Source: a virus
Lineage: Duplodnaviria; Caudoviricetes
DNA: 61,623 nucleotides
Direction: 5' to 3' (one strand)
IMG/VR virus record: IMGVR_UViG_3300030061_004427
Coordinates: 1-61,623 of that record
Positions 48,813-58,598 of this stretch are shown here, piece after piece (the stretch's first letter is position 1; the number at the start of each line of letters is the position of its first letter). The translations under genes and the position numbers were made by a program. Under the pieces are notes generated by a model, which searched no databases, was not told where the DNA came from, and saw only the letters and a list, made by a program, of their open reading frames with translations.

Positions 48813-49141
48813 GGAATAAAGTAAAGACATGTGGTTATTTTAAAAAACGTTTGAAAGATAACGGATTTATTGTACTGGATGTTTTTAAAAGTTTTAATGA
48901 TAAAGATAAGCGTAAGTGGTGTCTACTAATTAACCCGGGGCAAGAATCTATCTTTTGTACTTGCTATGTGAACTTTGATAATGAGGTATCTGTTGCGTTT
49001 GAATTTAATGACGGTGGGAAGAAAATACCAAAAAACTTTTTTATGGCAACCCCTTCAATGGAATCAATAATAACTCAGCTAATTGTTACTTGGGGCGTAA
49101 ATAATAATAATAAAAGCTCTACTTATTATAAAAAACGATGA
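48809..49141 (+). CDS. hypothetical protein
   Basis: Translationally coupled ORF, 110 aa. Confidence 0.65.
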   Translation: MRNKVKTCGYFKKRLKDNGFIVLDVFKSFNDKDKRKWCLLINPGQESIFCTCYVNFDNEVSVAFEFNDGGKKIPKNFFMATPSMESIITQLIVTWGVNNNNKSSTYYKKR

Positions 49142-49488
49142 GCAAGAAAAGTAAAAACGAAGGACCAGCTCCAACACCCTTACCAGACAAAAATAATACT
49201 GATAATCTCTCTGAAAAAGAAATTAAACATGCTTTTGAATCTTTGGTAAAGCGTAAGTTTTCAAAAGAACAAAATGAACAAGCAAACCATTATAAAGAAC
49301 TAGATAGAATTTTAAAAGAATATATGGATTGTTGTATAATTTTAGGTTATGACGTAAAAGGAAACGGGGTTGTTCGTGTTCTTCAAGATAACAACTTACA
49401 AAACGACGCTCTTCATCACCTACTTCAAAAAGTTGTTGTTAGTCACTTAGGACCACCAGGTTTAATGGGTGGAAATGGGTTAGATTGA
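49138..49488 (+). CDS. hypothetical protein
   Basis: Translationally coupled ORF, 116 aa. Confidence 0.65.
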   Translation: MSKKSKNEGPAPTPLPDKNNTDNLSEKEIKHAFESLVKRKFSKEQNEQANHYKELDRILKEYMDCCIILGYDVKGNGVVRVLQDNNLQNDALHHLLQKVVVSHLGPPGLMGGNGLD

Positions 49489-49503
49489 TCTTAAAATATT
49501 GAT

Positions 49504-50538
49504 ATGGATATTACGAAAGTACTCGTAGTAGGCAAAGGTTTTATTGGTCAACAATTATCTACTTTTCTTGCTACAGATGAAAGATTAGAAGTACATCAAA
49601 TAGAAAGTTCACAAGTTAACTACCGTGATTACAACACATTCGTAGACTTTCTAACACAATATGAAGAAGAAGGAACAGGGTTTGATGCAATAATTAATGC
49701 AGCTGGGTTTACTGGTGAAAAAAACGTTGATGATGCTGAAAAACAGAAAGAATTGGTGTGGTTATTAAACACAGTATTGCCAACCACCTTAGCATCAGCA
49801 GCACAAGCATGTAATATACCTTCTTTTTTTAATATCTCTTCTGGTTGTATATTTACAGGCTATACAAAGCCAGATCCATATGTAGGGTACACTGAAGAAG
49901 AAGTTCCAAACTTTGGTTTGTTTGATGATGACTCATCTTGGTATAGTAAAACAAAGCATGCTGGTGAGCTTTCACTAACATCAAGCTTTAATTGTTATAA
50001 TTTACGTATCAGAATGCCAATTGGTGAAATATTCCACCCAAAAAATCTTATTTCAAAGATGTTGAAGTATGAAACAGTACTAGATGAAGATAATAGTGCA
50101 ACATATATGTTTGATTTAATGAATTTTGTATATAATGCTATTTTAGCACCACCGCCTTTTGGTATCTATAACATTGTAAGTTCGAATGTGTTCAATTCAA
50201 AAGATTTATTCACTGCTTTTAACAATAATAAAGAAGATCTTATACAAGAAGGCCTTCTTCCTAATGGTTGGTCCTTAGAAAACATTAAATTCATTAAAGA
50301 AAAAGCATTCTACAAGAAAGGCGTAACGGCAGTAAAGAGAAGTAACTGTATTCTTAACAATACTTCAGCTTCAGAGTTAAAACTACATGAATTCACTGAT
50401 GTTTCGCATGATTTCCTTGATAAAGTGGTGAAAGGTTACATAGAAAACAAAAGAACCTTGGAATCTCAACCAGATAACGTGGTAGATATAGAAGAAATTC
50501 AAGGAGCCAAAGAACCACGTAAAGACGAAGATATATGA
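49504..50538 (+). CDS. NDP-4-keto-6-deoxyglucose epimerase/reductase (RmlD or NRS-ER-like)
   Basis: GKGFIG, AAGFTG..NVD..E, SSGCIF, PNF....S.YSKTK, LRIRMP. Confidence 0.8.
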   Translation: MDITKVLVVGKGFIGQQLSTFLATDERLEVHQIESSQVNYRDYNTFVDFLTQYEEEGTGFDAIINAAGFTGEKNVDDAEKQKELVWLLNTVLPTTLASAAQACNIPSFFNISSGCIFTGYTKPDPYVGYTEEEVPNFGLFDDDSSWYSKTKHAGELSLTSSFNCYNLRIRMPIGEIFHPKNLISKMLKYETVLDEDNSATYMFDLMNFVYNAILAPPPFGIYNIVSSNVFNSKDLFTAFNNNKEDLIQEGLLPNGWSLENIKFIKEKAFYKKGVTAVKRSNCILNNTSASELKLHEFTDVSHDFLDKVVKGYIENKRTLESQPDNVVDIEEIQGAKEPRKDEDI

Positions 50539-51476
50539 CTGTTTTAGTTACAGGTGGTTATGGGTTTATAGGTCATCACCTAGTTAAATGCCTTAGAAAC
50601 AAGGGATATCGAACTATTGTTTATGATAAAGAAACATATGCATGTGAATACGTTGATAAAGAGAACGTTCGTACCGTCTGGAGTGTGTATGGAGACATAT
50701 TAGACGTTAAAAAGTTAGAAAGCGTATTTAGAATCCATAAATTCGACAAAGTATTTCATTTAGCAGCAGAGTCTCATGTGGATAATAGCATTGCTAATCC
50801 AAACGTGTTTGCTAACACAAATGTAATAGGCACTGTCAATATATTAAACTTGGCTAAACAGTACGGAAAGCAAGTGATCCACGTGTCAACAGACGAAGTT
50901 TATGGTGCTTTACGTTCGGACGATAAAAATTGGAATGAAAAGCAACCCGTACTACCAAATTCACCTTATTCAGCTTCAAAAGCTAGCTCGGATCTGATTG
51001 CACTGTCGTATTACAAAACATATGGTATGGATGTTCGTGTTACTCGTTGTTGTAACAATTTTGGTACAGGTCAACATGCAGAAAAACTGATACCAAAATC
51101 AATTCTTTCATCGATACAAGACAAAGAAATATTACTTTACGGTGATGGTACCAATAAACGTGAATGGGTCCACGCTGAAGACCATTCAGAGGCTTTAATA
51201 TTAGTAGCTGAAAAGGGTAAGGCTGGTGAAATATATAATATCGGTTCGGGGGATGAATATTCTAATAATCAAATAGCTAATAAAATTATTAAGTATACAC
51301 AACCCGATACTACCATAAGGTATATTTCGGACAGACTTGGTCACGATTTTAGATACGCAGTAAACTTTTCTAAAATAGAACGATTAGGGTATTCTCCAAA
51401 GAGAAGTATAAAAAATAGTAAGGAATGGAATGAAATTATTGAATTTTATAAGAAACACTGGAAAACCCAAACCTAG
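50535..51476 (+). CDS. rmlB: dTDP-glucose 4,6-dehydratase
   Basis: TGG.GFIG, HLAAESHVDNSI, STDEVYG, PYSASKA, EKLIP, R.GHDFRY. Confidence 0.92.
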   Translation: MTVLVTGGYGFIGHHLVKCLRNKGYRTIVYDKETYACEYVDKENVRTVWSVYGDILDVKKLESVFRIHKFDKVFHLAAESHVDNSIANPNVFANTNVIGTVNILNLAKQYGKQVIHVSTDEVYGALRSDDKNWNEKQPVLPNSPYSASKASSDLIALSYYKTYGMDVRVTRCCNNFGTGQHAEKLIPKSILSSIQDKEILLYGDGTNKREWVHAEDHSEALILVAEKGKAGEIYNIGSGDEYSNNQIANKIIKYTQPDTTIRYISDRLGHDFRYAVNFSKIERLGYSPKRSIKNSKEWNEIIEFYKKHWKTQT

Positions 51477-51702
51477 ATACATGTACGCCATAAAAAATGG
51501 TGATTATGCAGGGCATTTCTGTGCCTATATTCGATCTACCACGGAAAAACATATTTTTCTCACAGTACCTAACAATCAAAAGATAGAAGTACCTATAAAA
51601 GACTTTAAAGATGGTATGAAATCGGGACTAGTAGACTTTGTAGAGGTTTTACCAAGACATGTCTATAAAGTAATTAGAGCACAATACGATGCAACAAATT
51701 AA
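51430..51702 (+). CDS. hypothetical protein
   Basis: 90-aa ORF overlapping both neighbours. Confidence 0.55.
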   Translation: MKLLNFIRNTGKPKPRYMYAIKNGDYAGHFCAYIRSTTEKHIFLTVPNNQKIEVPIKDFKDGMKSGLVDFVEVLPRHVYKVIRAQYDATN

Positions 51703-52249
51703 TAAGGTTTTTGGTATAGGTTTATCCAGAACGGGTACAACTTCCTTACATGAAGCATTTAAAATTTTAGGTTTACGCAGTTATCACTACCCACAACACT
51801 TCGAAAGTATACTTGCCAGTGATGCTGCTGTTGATGTCACAGTAGCAATGAGTTATAAAATTTTAGACGTGTTTTTCCCCGGGAGTAAATTTGTTTATAC
51901 CGTGAGAAAAATAGATAAATGGGTTGAGTCTATGCAAAAATATTTTGAAGCTACTATCAATCAAATGGATGATGAATTTGCCAATAAAGTAAACAGAATT
52001 GTATATGACAGAACTAGATTTGATGAGGAGGATATAGAAGCATTTAAAGTCGCATTTGAAAAGCATCATATGGATGTCCTATCATATTTCAAAGATAGAC
52101 CCGATGATATTTTAATTCTTGATATCATTTCCGGTGACGGATGGGAAAAATTATGCCCGTTTTTAGATAAAGACATACCAAACGTACCTTTTCCAAAAAC
52201 CAATACTACAAATGAAAATTGGAAAATGACTCAATCAATTTTTAGTTGA
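51689..52249 (+). CDS. sulfotransferase-like P-loop protein
   Basis: KVFGIGLSRTGTTSL, FPGSKF..T.R, W..S, GWEKLC.FL, PFP..N. Confidence 0.85.
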   Translation: MQQINKVFGIGLSRTGTTSLHEAFKILGLRSYHYPQHFESILASDAAVDVTVAMSYKILDVFFPGSKFVYTVRKIDKWVESMQKYFEATINQMDDEFANKVNRIVYDRTRFDEEDIEAFKVAFEKHHMDVLSYFKDRPDDILILDIISGDGWEKLCPFLDKDIPNVPFPKTNTTNENWKMTQSIFS

Positions 52250-52279
52250 CTTATTTAATAGATCATTTAAAATGATAGT

Positions 52280-52495
52280 ATGACATCAATACGAGATAGA
52301 ATACTCAAAGCAGTCAATCAAAAAGAAATTGATACTTTGGTAGAAGAATCGAAAACATTCGAATTTTGTTCTACCAATACAAAGACCAAAATTCGAAAAG
52401 CAGTGGTTGAAAGGATAAACTCCCTTTCCGGAAATAAACCTAAGTCAAAAAAGAAAGGAAAGAAAAATGAAAACACTGCTTCTAGACGCAAATAA
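52280..52495 (+). CDS. small basic hypothetical protein
   Basis: TTGACT-N16-TAAAAT-N6-ATG. Confidence 0.6.
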   Translation: MTSIRDRILKAVNQKEIDTLVEESKTFEFCSTNTKTKIRKAVVERINSLSGNKPKSKKKGKKNENTASRRK

Positions 52496-53411
52496 TTTAT
52501 TGTATCGAATATTTTGGGTTAACAAAAACAAAAAGGAAGGCGATATTAATATGTCAACCTTAATGTTTTTACGCTCAGTAAAATCGTATGTTGATAAATT
52601 TAGTCCGGATCAAACTTATGCTGTTTGGGACAAAAGATTAGCGTACCCTTCAACAAATTTTCGTAAATCTCTTTCAGAAAACAAATATAAAAGCAATAGA
52701 GATCGTAATGTGGCTAAAGAAGCTCATCAGAACGACGAAACGTTGAGAGAGCTATTGGATTCATTGGGAATAAAGAGTATCTACCCTAATAGAATGGAAG
52801 CTGACGACGTAATAAGTTGGTTGGTTGGTAAGTTACCCGGGAAGAAAATTATCGTCACGGTTGATAAAGATTTGTATCAATTAATTGATGAAAATACAAT
52901 GGTGTTTAATCCTATCCAAAAGGTTGCTGTTACTAATGCCAATTTTGAAATTTATACTAAAGGTGTTAGTAAGAAGAATTTTTTAGATTATAAAGCTATT
53001 GTTGGAGATAATAGTGATAATCTTAAAGGGTTGCATAAAGTAGGACACAAGAGAGCTTTGAACTTGCTTGATAAATTTAACAGTAGTGAAAAAGAATGGG
53101 AAGGTATTTTAAACGAAGAAAATTATCAAATCTACTCTCATAATATACAGATGATGGATTTGTCTTTGGGTTGGAAGTATTACGACGATGAAGAGGAAGC
53201 GTATCAAAAACAAATGAAAGAAGGTATGCCGCCTTGTAATTCAAAATCGTTCTATGACAGGTGTCAAGAGCTAGACTTAGGTTCTATTATGAAGAACAAA
53301 GATAAGTGGACGAATACCTTTTTTACTAAGGATGTTTTTCAAGAGGTTGTAGAGAAAGTAAACCTATTAAATAATAAATATATAAACAATAGATATGCTA
53401 CAAAACAATAA
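52467..53411 (+). CDS. rnh: 5'-3' exonuclease / T4 RNase H-like FEN nuclease
   Basis: LLDANNL, WD, YK.NR, EADD, DKD.YQL, GD.SDN..G...G.K.A. Confidence 0.9.
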   Translation: MKTLLLDANNLLYRIFWVNKNKKEGDINMSTLMFLRSVKSYVDKFSPDQTYAVWDKRLAYPSTNFRKSLSENKYKSNRDRNVAKEAHQNDETLRELLDSLGIKSIYPNRMEADDVISWLVGKLPGKKIIVTVDKDLYQLIDENTMVFNPIQKVAVTNANFEIYTKGVSKKNFLDYKAIVGDNSDNLKGLHKVGHKRALNLLDKFNSSEKEWEGILNEENYQIYSHNIQMMDLSLGWKYYDDEEEAYQKQMKEGMPPCNSKSFYDRCQELDLGSIMKNKDKWTNTFFTKDVFQEVVEKVNLLNNKYINNRYATKQ

Positions 53412-53601
53412 CAACGTTAACAACATGCAGATGGTTAGAGCGATTCCGATTGCTAGCCCCATTTCCGGTGAAACATGCTTTCCTCGTATTCATAAATTAG
53501 AAAGAGGCGGTAAAGTTTATACTGAAGCTCATTGGATTGACCCGGCTAGCGGTGCTTTTATACGCAAAGGAATTGTTTCTATTGAAGATGTGCAGAAGTA
53601 A
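53395..53601 (+). CDS. small hypothetical protein
   Basis: 68-aa ORF between rnh and primase; TAAATA at 53375. Confidence 0.6.
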   Translation: MLQNNNNVNNMQMVRAIPIASPISGETCFPRIHKLERGGKVYTEAHWIDPASGAFIRKGIVSIEDVQK

Positions 53602-53616
53602 TATATAATCTATGGT

Positions 53617-54657
53617 ATGGTGTTACCAGAGGCATATGTTATTCAAAAATTTTATCAATTTGCAGGTTCACCGAAATATAATAGATTAACAAAAACCTAT
53701 CAAGGGGGTTGCCCTGTATGTCGTGAGGGTAAATCTTGGGGAAGAAAAAAAAGATTATTTTATGTTGTAAAAGATAACTACTTTCATTGTCATAATTGTG
53801 GATGGCATTCAAATCCTACAAATTGGATTATAGAAGTTTCAGGAAGTACATTTGAAGACTTAATTGAAGAAAGTAAAGAGTTTGATATTTTACCCGAAGA
53901 TATTTCAAATACAAATTCAAAAATAAATGAAACTGTATCTAATATTCTTAAACAAAAGTTACCAGAAGATAGTATAAATTTATTTGATAACAACCAGGTA
54001 AGTTATTTCAAATCGAATGCAATAGTTCAAACTGCATTAAGATATATTACAAACAGAAAGTTAGATACTGCATGCAATAAACCTAAAAGTCTTTGGTTGT
54101 CATTAAAAGATAAAGTTCATAAGAACAGATTAATAATACCGTTTTATGATGATAACAATAAAATAGTACACTACCAAACAAGAACGTTACTTAAGAACGA
54201 TGAAAAATTTAAACCCAAATATTTGTCAAAAATAAACAGCGACAAAAGCGTTTTCAATATTAATCAGGTAGACGAAAGTTTAGATAGGATGTATATATTT
54301 GAAGGTCCTATAGATTCATGCTTTACGACTAATGGGGTTGCTGTTGCAGGTATTACTGAAAATAGTTCTAACTTATATACAAAACTTCAATATGAACAAC
54401 TTAATAAATTACCATTTCAAGAAAAAGTAATTGTACTAGACTCTCAATGGCAAGATGCTGCATCTAAAAACAAAACTAAATTTTTACTTGATGCCGGGTT
54501 GTGTGTTTTTATATGGCCAAAAAATTTAGGTTTAAAATACAAAGACTTTAATGCAATAGCTGTTGGACAAAAAATGAATAAAATACCCGCTACATTTGTT
54601 GATGAACATTCATATAACGGGTTAAAAGGGCGTGTTATTCTATCTCAAATAAATTAG
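53617..54657 (+). CDS. 61: DNA primase gp61
   Basis: CPVC...CHNC zinc finger, RLIIPF, Q.R, KYL, EGPIDS, LD, KDFN; TTGAAG-N16-TATAAT-N7-ATG. Confidence 0.92.
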   Translation: MVLPEAYVIQKFYQFAGSPKYNRLTKTYQGGCPVCREGKSWGRKKRLFYVVKDNYFHCHNCGWHSNPTNWIIEVSGSTFEDLIEESKEFDILPEDISNTNSKINETVSNILKQKLPEDSINLFDNNQVSYFKSNAIVQTALRYITNRKLDTACNKPKSLWLSLKDKVHKNRLIIPFYDDNNKIVHYQTRTLLKNDEKFKPKYLSKINSDKSVFNINQVDESLDRMYIFEGPIDSCFTTNGVAVAGITENSSNLYTKLQYEQLNKLPFQEKVIVLDSQWQDAASKNKTKFLLDAGLCVFIWPKNLGLKYKDFNAIAVGQKMNKIPATFVDEHSYNGLKGRVILSQIN

Positions 54658-54711
54658 TACGATAGCAAAAACAAATTGCTAATAGCAATACAAATAATAT
54701 TACCATCCCGC

Positions 54712-55134
54712 TCAACGTGCAGGCCCGGCACCCGGTCCTGTTTCAACTGTATGAAGATAACCTTTAAGGTTTTCAATTAGTGAACTTAACTCCATTGCAA
54801 CTCTCGCAATCTTCTTAGTTTCGGCACCTGCAATTTTATTAAAAAGGGTATCACAACTAGCTGCGTGCAGGAGAGATTGAACTGAATCTGGTTTTTCACT
54901 ATTAAGATAATTAGTAAATTCTTCCATAGCACCAATAATGCTTACTAATTCTTGGGCCTGTGCTGCATTACTCTGTGCTGTAACTTCGCCACCATCTAAT
55001 GTTGGTGCATCTACATCATACTCTGTTACTTCGGTACCCGGATCTAACTGGGTTTCCATAGCTTCAGTATCTGTTATTTGAATTGTTTCATCTTGTTCCA
55101 ATACATGAACAAAGTGTTTGCCAAAAAAGCTCAT
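54712..55134 (-). CDS. hypothetical late protein with CTS-like N-terminus
   Basis: TAAATA-N5-ATG; MSFFGKHFVHVLE. Confidence 0.7.
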   Translation of the reverse strand: MSFFGKHFVHVLEQDETIQITDTEAMETQLDPGTEVTEYDVDAPTLDGGEVTAQSNAAQAQELVSIIGAMEEFTNYLNSEKPDSVQSLLHAASCDTLFNKIAGAETKKIARVAMELSSLIENLKGYLHTVETGPGAGPAR

Positions 55135-55169
55135 GTATATATTTATGCTTTTGAATAAATATTAACATG
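55132..55169. promoter_or_regulatory. quasi-palindromic divergent late promoter pair
   Basis: CAT-N5-TATTTA (55140-45) ... TAAATA (55156-61)-N5-ATG. Confidence 0.7.
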
Positions 55170-55646
55170 GGTAGTTTAAAAATTTTAGAAGAAGATCAAA
55201 TAAAAATGTACAATAAGTGGGTGAGAGGCATTGCTACCCGGGAACAAAAACCCACGCATGTTACAGTTGGAGATCTTTTACAAGCATCAGGACGTAATGA
55301 TAATAATAAAGCTCCTCTTCAATTACCGTTTCCTTTAACTCATATTGTTGAAGATATGGGTGGTTTATATCTTGCTACAGACAATATTCAAGCTAAAGCA
55401 GATATGGCAAAAAATAACCCGGTTGTTACAGAAAGCGACAATGCTTTAGATAGTTTAAAAGGATTTGTTCGTAAATGTAGGAAAATTAAAGCATTAATTG
55501 AATCAATGACTAATGATTTAGATATAATTGTTGATAGAAAACCTTACGAAAGTCACAGTTCAGAACCAGAAGACAATAGCGATGAAACGCCAAGTGCTCC
55601 TATGGATTCAGGAGGATCACAAGCAATTAATAAGTTGCCAAAATAA
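55167..55646 (+). CDS. hypothetical late protein
   Basis: TAAATA-N5-ATG; 159 aa. Confidence 0.7.
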   Translation: MGSLKILEEDQIKMYNKWVRGIATREQKPTHVTVGDLLQASGRNDNNKAPLQLPFPLTHIVEDMGGLYLATDNIQAKADMAKNNPVVTESDNALDSLKGFVRKCRKIKALIESMTNDLDIIVDRKPYESHSSEPEDNSDETPSAPMDSGGSQAINKLPK

Positions 55647-55894
55647 TGCTTTTTCAAGAATATTATACTTTAGATGAGCTTACCGATCAAATTGATAACG
55701 GGACATATTCTGATCCTAGACATCTTACATCAGTATTAGCAATTTCAGTCGGTACCAGTCATTTAGACTATTCTGCGGCTTTAAAAATATTAGACTACTT
55801 TTTTCAAGGTTGGCCCGCCTCGAAGTCAGGACGAAAAAAAGAAATGCAAAAATGGGTTAATGAACTTCGTAAGCATATAGATAAAGCTAGTTGA
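55646..55894 (+). CDS. hypothetical protein
   Basis: TAATG overlap with the upstream gene; MLFQEYYTLDE. Confidence 0.6.
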   Translation: MLFQEYYTLDELTDQIDNGTYSDPRHLTSVLAISVGTSHLDYSAALKILDYFFQGWPASKSGRKKEMQKWVNELRKHIDKAS

Positions 55895-55924
55895 TAATCG
55901 TCCTTTCTACATTATAATAATTAA

Positions 55925-56353
55925 GTGATTCAAGTAGTAAAATCTTTATCTATCGTCGTTATAGTAAGTGCATTTTTAGGAGGTTGCGGCTATCTTCTTG
56001 GTTATAATTTCTTTGCTATATTAGGAATAACGTTTATTGGTCAATTTATCATTTATGATCTTTTTTCTCGTTGGAGAAGATCAGGATTGGAAATAGAATT
56101 CAGAAGATTAGAAAACGAAAGAATTAAAGCTTTTTCAGAACAAGGATTAGAAGTTACTTGCCCTGTAGAAAGTTGTATGCATAAAACGTTTGTACCTATA
56201 ATTATTAGTGAAGACAATGAATATGATTGTCCGAAATGTAATGTAGGAGTAAAAATATATGTTGGTACAAAAAGTTTTCTTAAAACAACGCCAATAGATG
56301 GGGATCCATTTGAAAAACACAATTTTGTAACGAATACTGATTATGACAACTAA
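55925..56353 (+). CDS. membrane protein with C-terminal zinc ribbon
   Basis: Two TM helices; CPVESC...CPKC; TTGATA-N16-TATAAT-N6-GTG. Confidence 0.7.
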   Translation: MIQVVKSLSIVVIVSAFLGGCGYLLGYNFFAILGITFIGQFIIYDLFSRWRRSGLEIEFRRLENERIKAFSEQGLEVTCPVESCMHKTFVPIIISEDNEYDCPKCNVGVKIYVGTKSFLKTTPIDGDPFEKHNFVTNTDYDN

Positions 56354-56738
56354 AAATAACGATTTAAAATTTAATGAACAAAATGGTTCGGTAATAAATC
56401 CTATGCCCCCTGTTAAAAATACAGAAAGATATCACGGTTCGTTATTACGTGAATCGTATGAAAAGGGTAAACTTGCAGCCACCGGAACTTTAGACGCAAA
56501 AAACAAAGAGAGGATTGTGGAAAATTTAATCAAAGTTATTTTTGATGATATTTTAAGTGAAAATTCAGATAGAATTAAAAGCAATCACAATATTTTAAAA
56601 TTAAATTTACAAGTTATCGAAAATGCAATTAAAAATACAAAATTAAGTAATTTTATCTTTAACCATGAAAGGATTGCATCTATAATAGAAGGGTATGCTA
56701 AAGTCATTGAACAAAAAAGTATTAACAGAAATGTCTGA
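56343..56738 (+). CDS. hypothetical protein
   Basis: Translationally coupled ORF, 131 aa. Confidence 0.6.
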   Translation: MTTKNNDLKFNEQNGSVINPMPPVKNTERYHGSLLRESYEKGKLAATGTLDAKNKERIVENLIKVIFDDILSENSDRIKSNHNILKLNLQVIENAIKNTKLSNFIFNHERIASIIEGYAKVIEQKSINRNV

Positions 56739-56979
56739 CGAAGAAATTTCAAGGTGGTTGTGTCTATTTGATGCAGTAAACTATGTTGCAGCAAAAGCTG
56801 ATCAGCTTGGAATGGATGTAAACAAGAATAATTCATGGATAAAGCCTCTTGCATTTAAAAATTACATTGCTGAAATGTATGAATCTGTTTATTTGAATTA
56901 TAAAATGGGTGGAGATGTAGAAGTTGCACCAAGAAACGTGAAAGAGTTCATATATCGAGAAGATGCACTACACGCCTAA
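56731..56979 (+). CDS. hypothetical protein
   Basis: Likely start MSDEEISRW at ATG 56731. Confidence 0.6.
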   Translation: MSDEEISRWLCLFDAVNYVAAKADQLGMDVNKNNSWIKPLAFKNYIAEMYESVYLNYKMGGDVEVAPRNVKEFIYREDALHA

Positions 56980-57286
56980 TACATCTTTAAGGGTACCGAT
57001 TGAAAATCAAGGACGGAAAATTGGTGGTCCTACTATTCCTAGCCAGCAACGTAACCTTGCACCTAGAGTTATGCAAAGAAGATCATTAACCCCTGGTGTA
57101 TTATATACATTATCCTATATAAAAAAGGAAGAAAACGGGAATATGGCTTATTCCTTTAAAGGGCAAGATGGTTCTTTGATAGTAGAAACGTTTCGTTCCT
57201 GTCAAGAAGCTGATATATTTATTGCAGGTATTAAAAATGAAGCGATACCGGAATACGAACAGTTTTATAAAAAATTAAAAACTTAA
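56963..57286 (+). CDS. hypothetical protein
   Basis: 107-aa ORF. Confidence 0.6.
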   Translation: MHYTPNTSLRVPIENQGRKIGGPTIPSQQRNLAPRVMQRRSLTPGVLYTLSYIKKEENGNMAYSFKGQDGSLIVETFRSCQEADIFIAGIKNEAIPEYEQFYKKLKT

Positions 57287-58170
57287 GAAGTTGGGCCGAA
57301 AGGCCCGTCTTCTGGTTCTTCAGTGTTTCCGTAGCCCCCATAAACGTCGTCATAACCAAAGTCTTGGTAATCAAATATTGCTTTAGATAATTCTTCAAGA
57401 TCACCATCATAACTCTTATTAGGTGACCTGGAATTTGTACCTTCATCCATTCTACCAGAGAATTTATCATCATACACTTGATCGCTTCCACCTTCTGTAC
57501 TTAAACCAGGCTCAAAACTGTAATCGAAACGTTTAGCCTTAACCATCCATACATAGTGACCAGCAAGAGGATTGATTCTAGCAACGTCCTCATCTAATCT
57601 CTCTGTTATCTCAAACTGTTTACCTGTTCTAGGCCATGGTCTGTCATCACCATACTCGGATAATATGAATACATCACCGGCTTTAGGCTCTTGAGGGTAA
57701 CCAAACGAAGCATAAAAGCTACTAATATGTATATAAGCAGTTAATTCGTCGTCTGAATCAAATCCATACTTCTGTAATATAACTGCATTTTCGTTTAACT
57801 CGATTGCAACGATTATTTTCTTTGGATCTACAAAAACTTTAGTAGGATCTTCACCATATATGTTACCAGGACCACCACCTTCACCATTTATAGCACCTTG
57901 AGGCACACCATCTGCTGATAAAGTCTGGTATGGGTTTTGATAATATGTTACTTCTTGCCCATATAAAGCAATAATTTCTTCCCACCAATTATCTATTACA
58001 ATTCTCTCACATTCGTTTTGAGATTTGTCCGTAAATCTAAAACATTTATTATAGGGCTTAGGACCAGGATAAATTGAACCAGGGTTATCTGGATCGGGTG
58101 TAGGAACACCCGGTAAAAACTGAGGCATGATTTGATTCATCCCCCTATATCTGTCCATTTCTACTGCCAT
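57283..58170 (-). CDS. 14: neck / head-completion protein, gp14-like
   Basis: E.I..YG..V.Y, IYGEDP...F, KYG....DE....I....F, P..GD, FEI, F.YS.E. Confidence 0.7.
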   Translation of the reverse strand: MAVEMDRYRGMNQIMPQFLPGVPTPDPDNPGSIYPGPKPYNKCFRFTDKSQNECERIVIDNWWEEIIALYGQEVTYYQNPYQTLSADGVPQGAINGEGGGPGNIYGEDPTKVFVDPKKIIVAIELNENAVILQKYGFDSDDELTAYIHISSFYASFGYPQEPKAGDVFILSEYGDDRPWPRTGKQFEITERLDEDVARINPLAGHYVWMVKAKRFDYSFEPGLSTEGGSDQVYDDKFSGRMDEGTNSRSPNKSYDGDLEELSKAIFDYQDFGYDDVYGGYGNTEEPEDGPFGPTS

Positions 58171-58565
58171 TATACTAAATTATCTGTAGTTGTTGTTGGT
58201 TCTGGTTTTTCTACTTTAGTTTTTAACAAATAATACTCACCATTTGGTTTTACCTCAATAGCTATACCTGTCTTTTTTAGCCCTTTTGGTCTACCAGGCT
58301 TTAATCTATTTACACCAAAACGTTTGGTTAACATATAAGCATCTTTTTGTGATATTTTAATGTATTTTGGACCTACTCTTTGTTGTAATACTCTATAAGC
58401 TGCGGGTAGCGAGGTATCATTTTGTAGATAATTAGCTACCGTCAGTGGCGACTTACGCAAACCCGGGTCTTTTGGTATTGCTCGTTGGTGTCTATGATTA
58501 ACACCTGGAATATTTCCTGTATTAAATCTTTCTTCAATCATAATGAAAAACTCTTTAAAAGTCAC
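58170..58565 (-). CDS. basic late protein with CTS-like N-terminus
   Basis: TAAATA-N5-GTG; MTFKEFFIMIEE. Confidence 0.7.
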   Translation of the reverse strand: MTFKEFFIMIEERFNTGNIPGVNHRHQRAIPKDPGLRKSPLTVANYLQNDTSLPAAYRVLQQRVGPKYIKISQKDAYMLTKRFGVNRLKPGRPKGLKKTGIAIEVKPNGEYYLLKTKVEKPEPTTTTDNLV

Positions 58566-58598
58566 ATTTATATTTAAGCAAAGTAATTACCAGTATCT

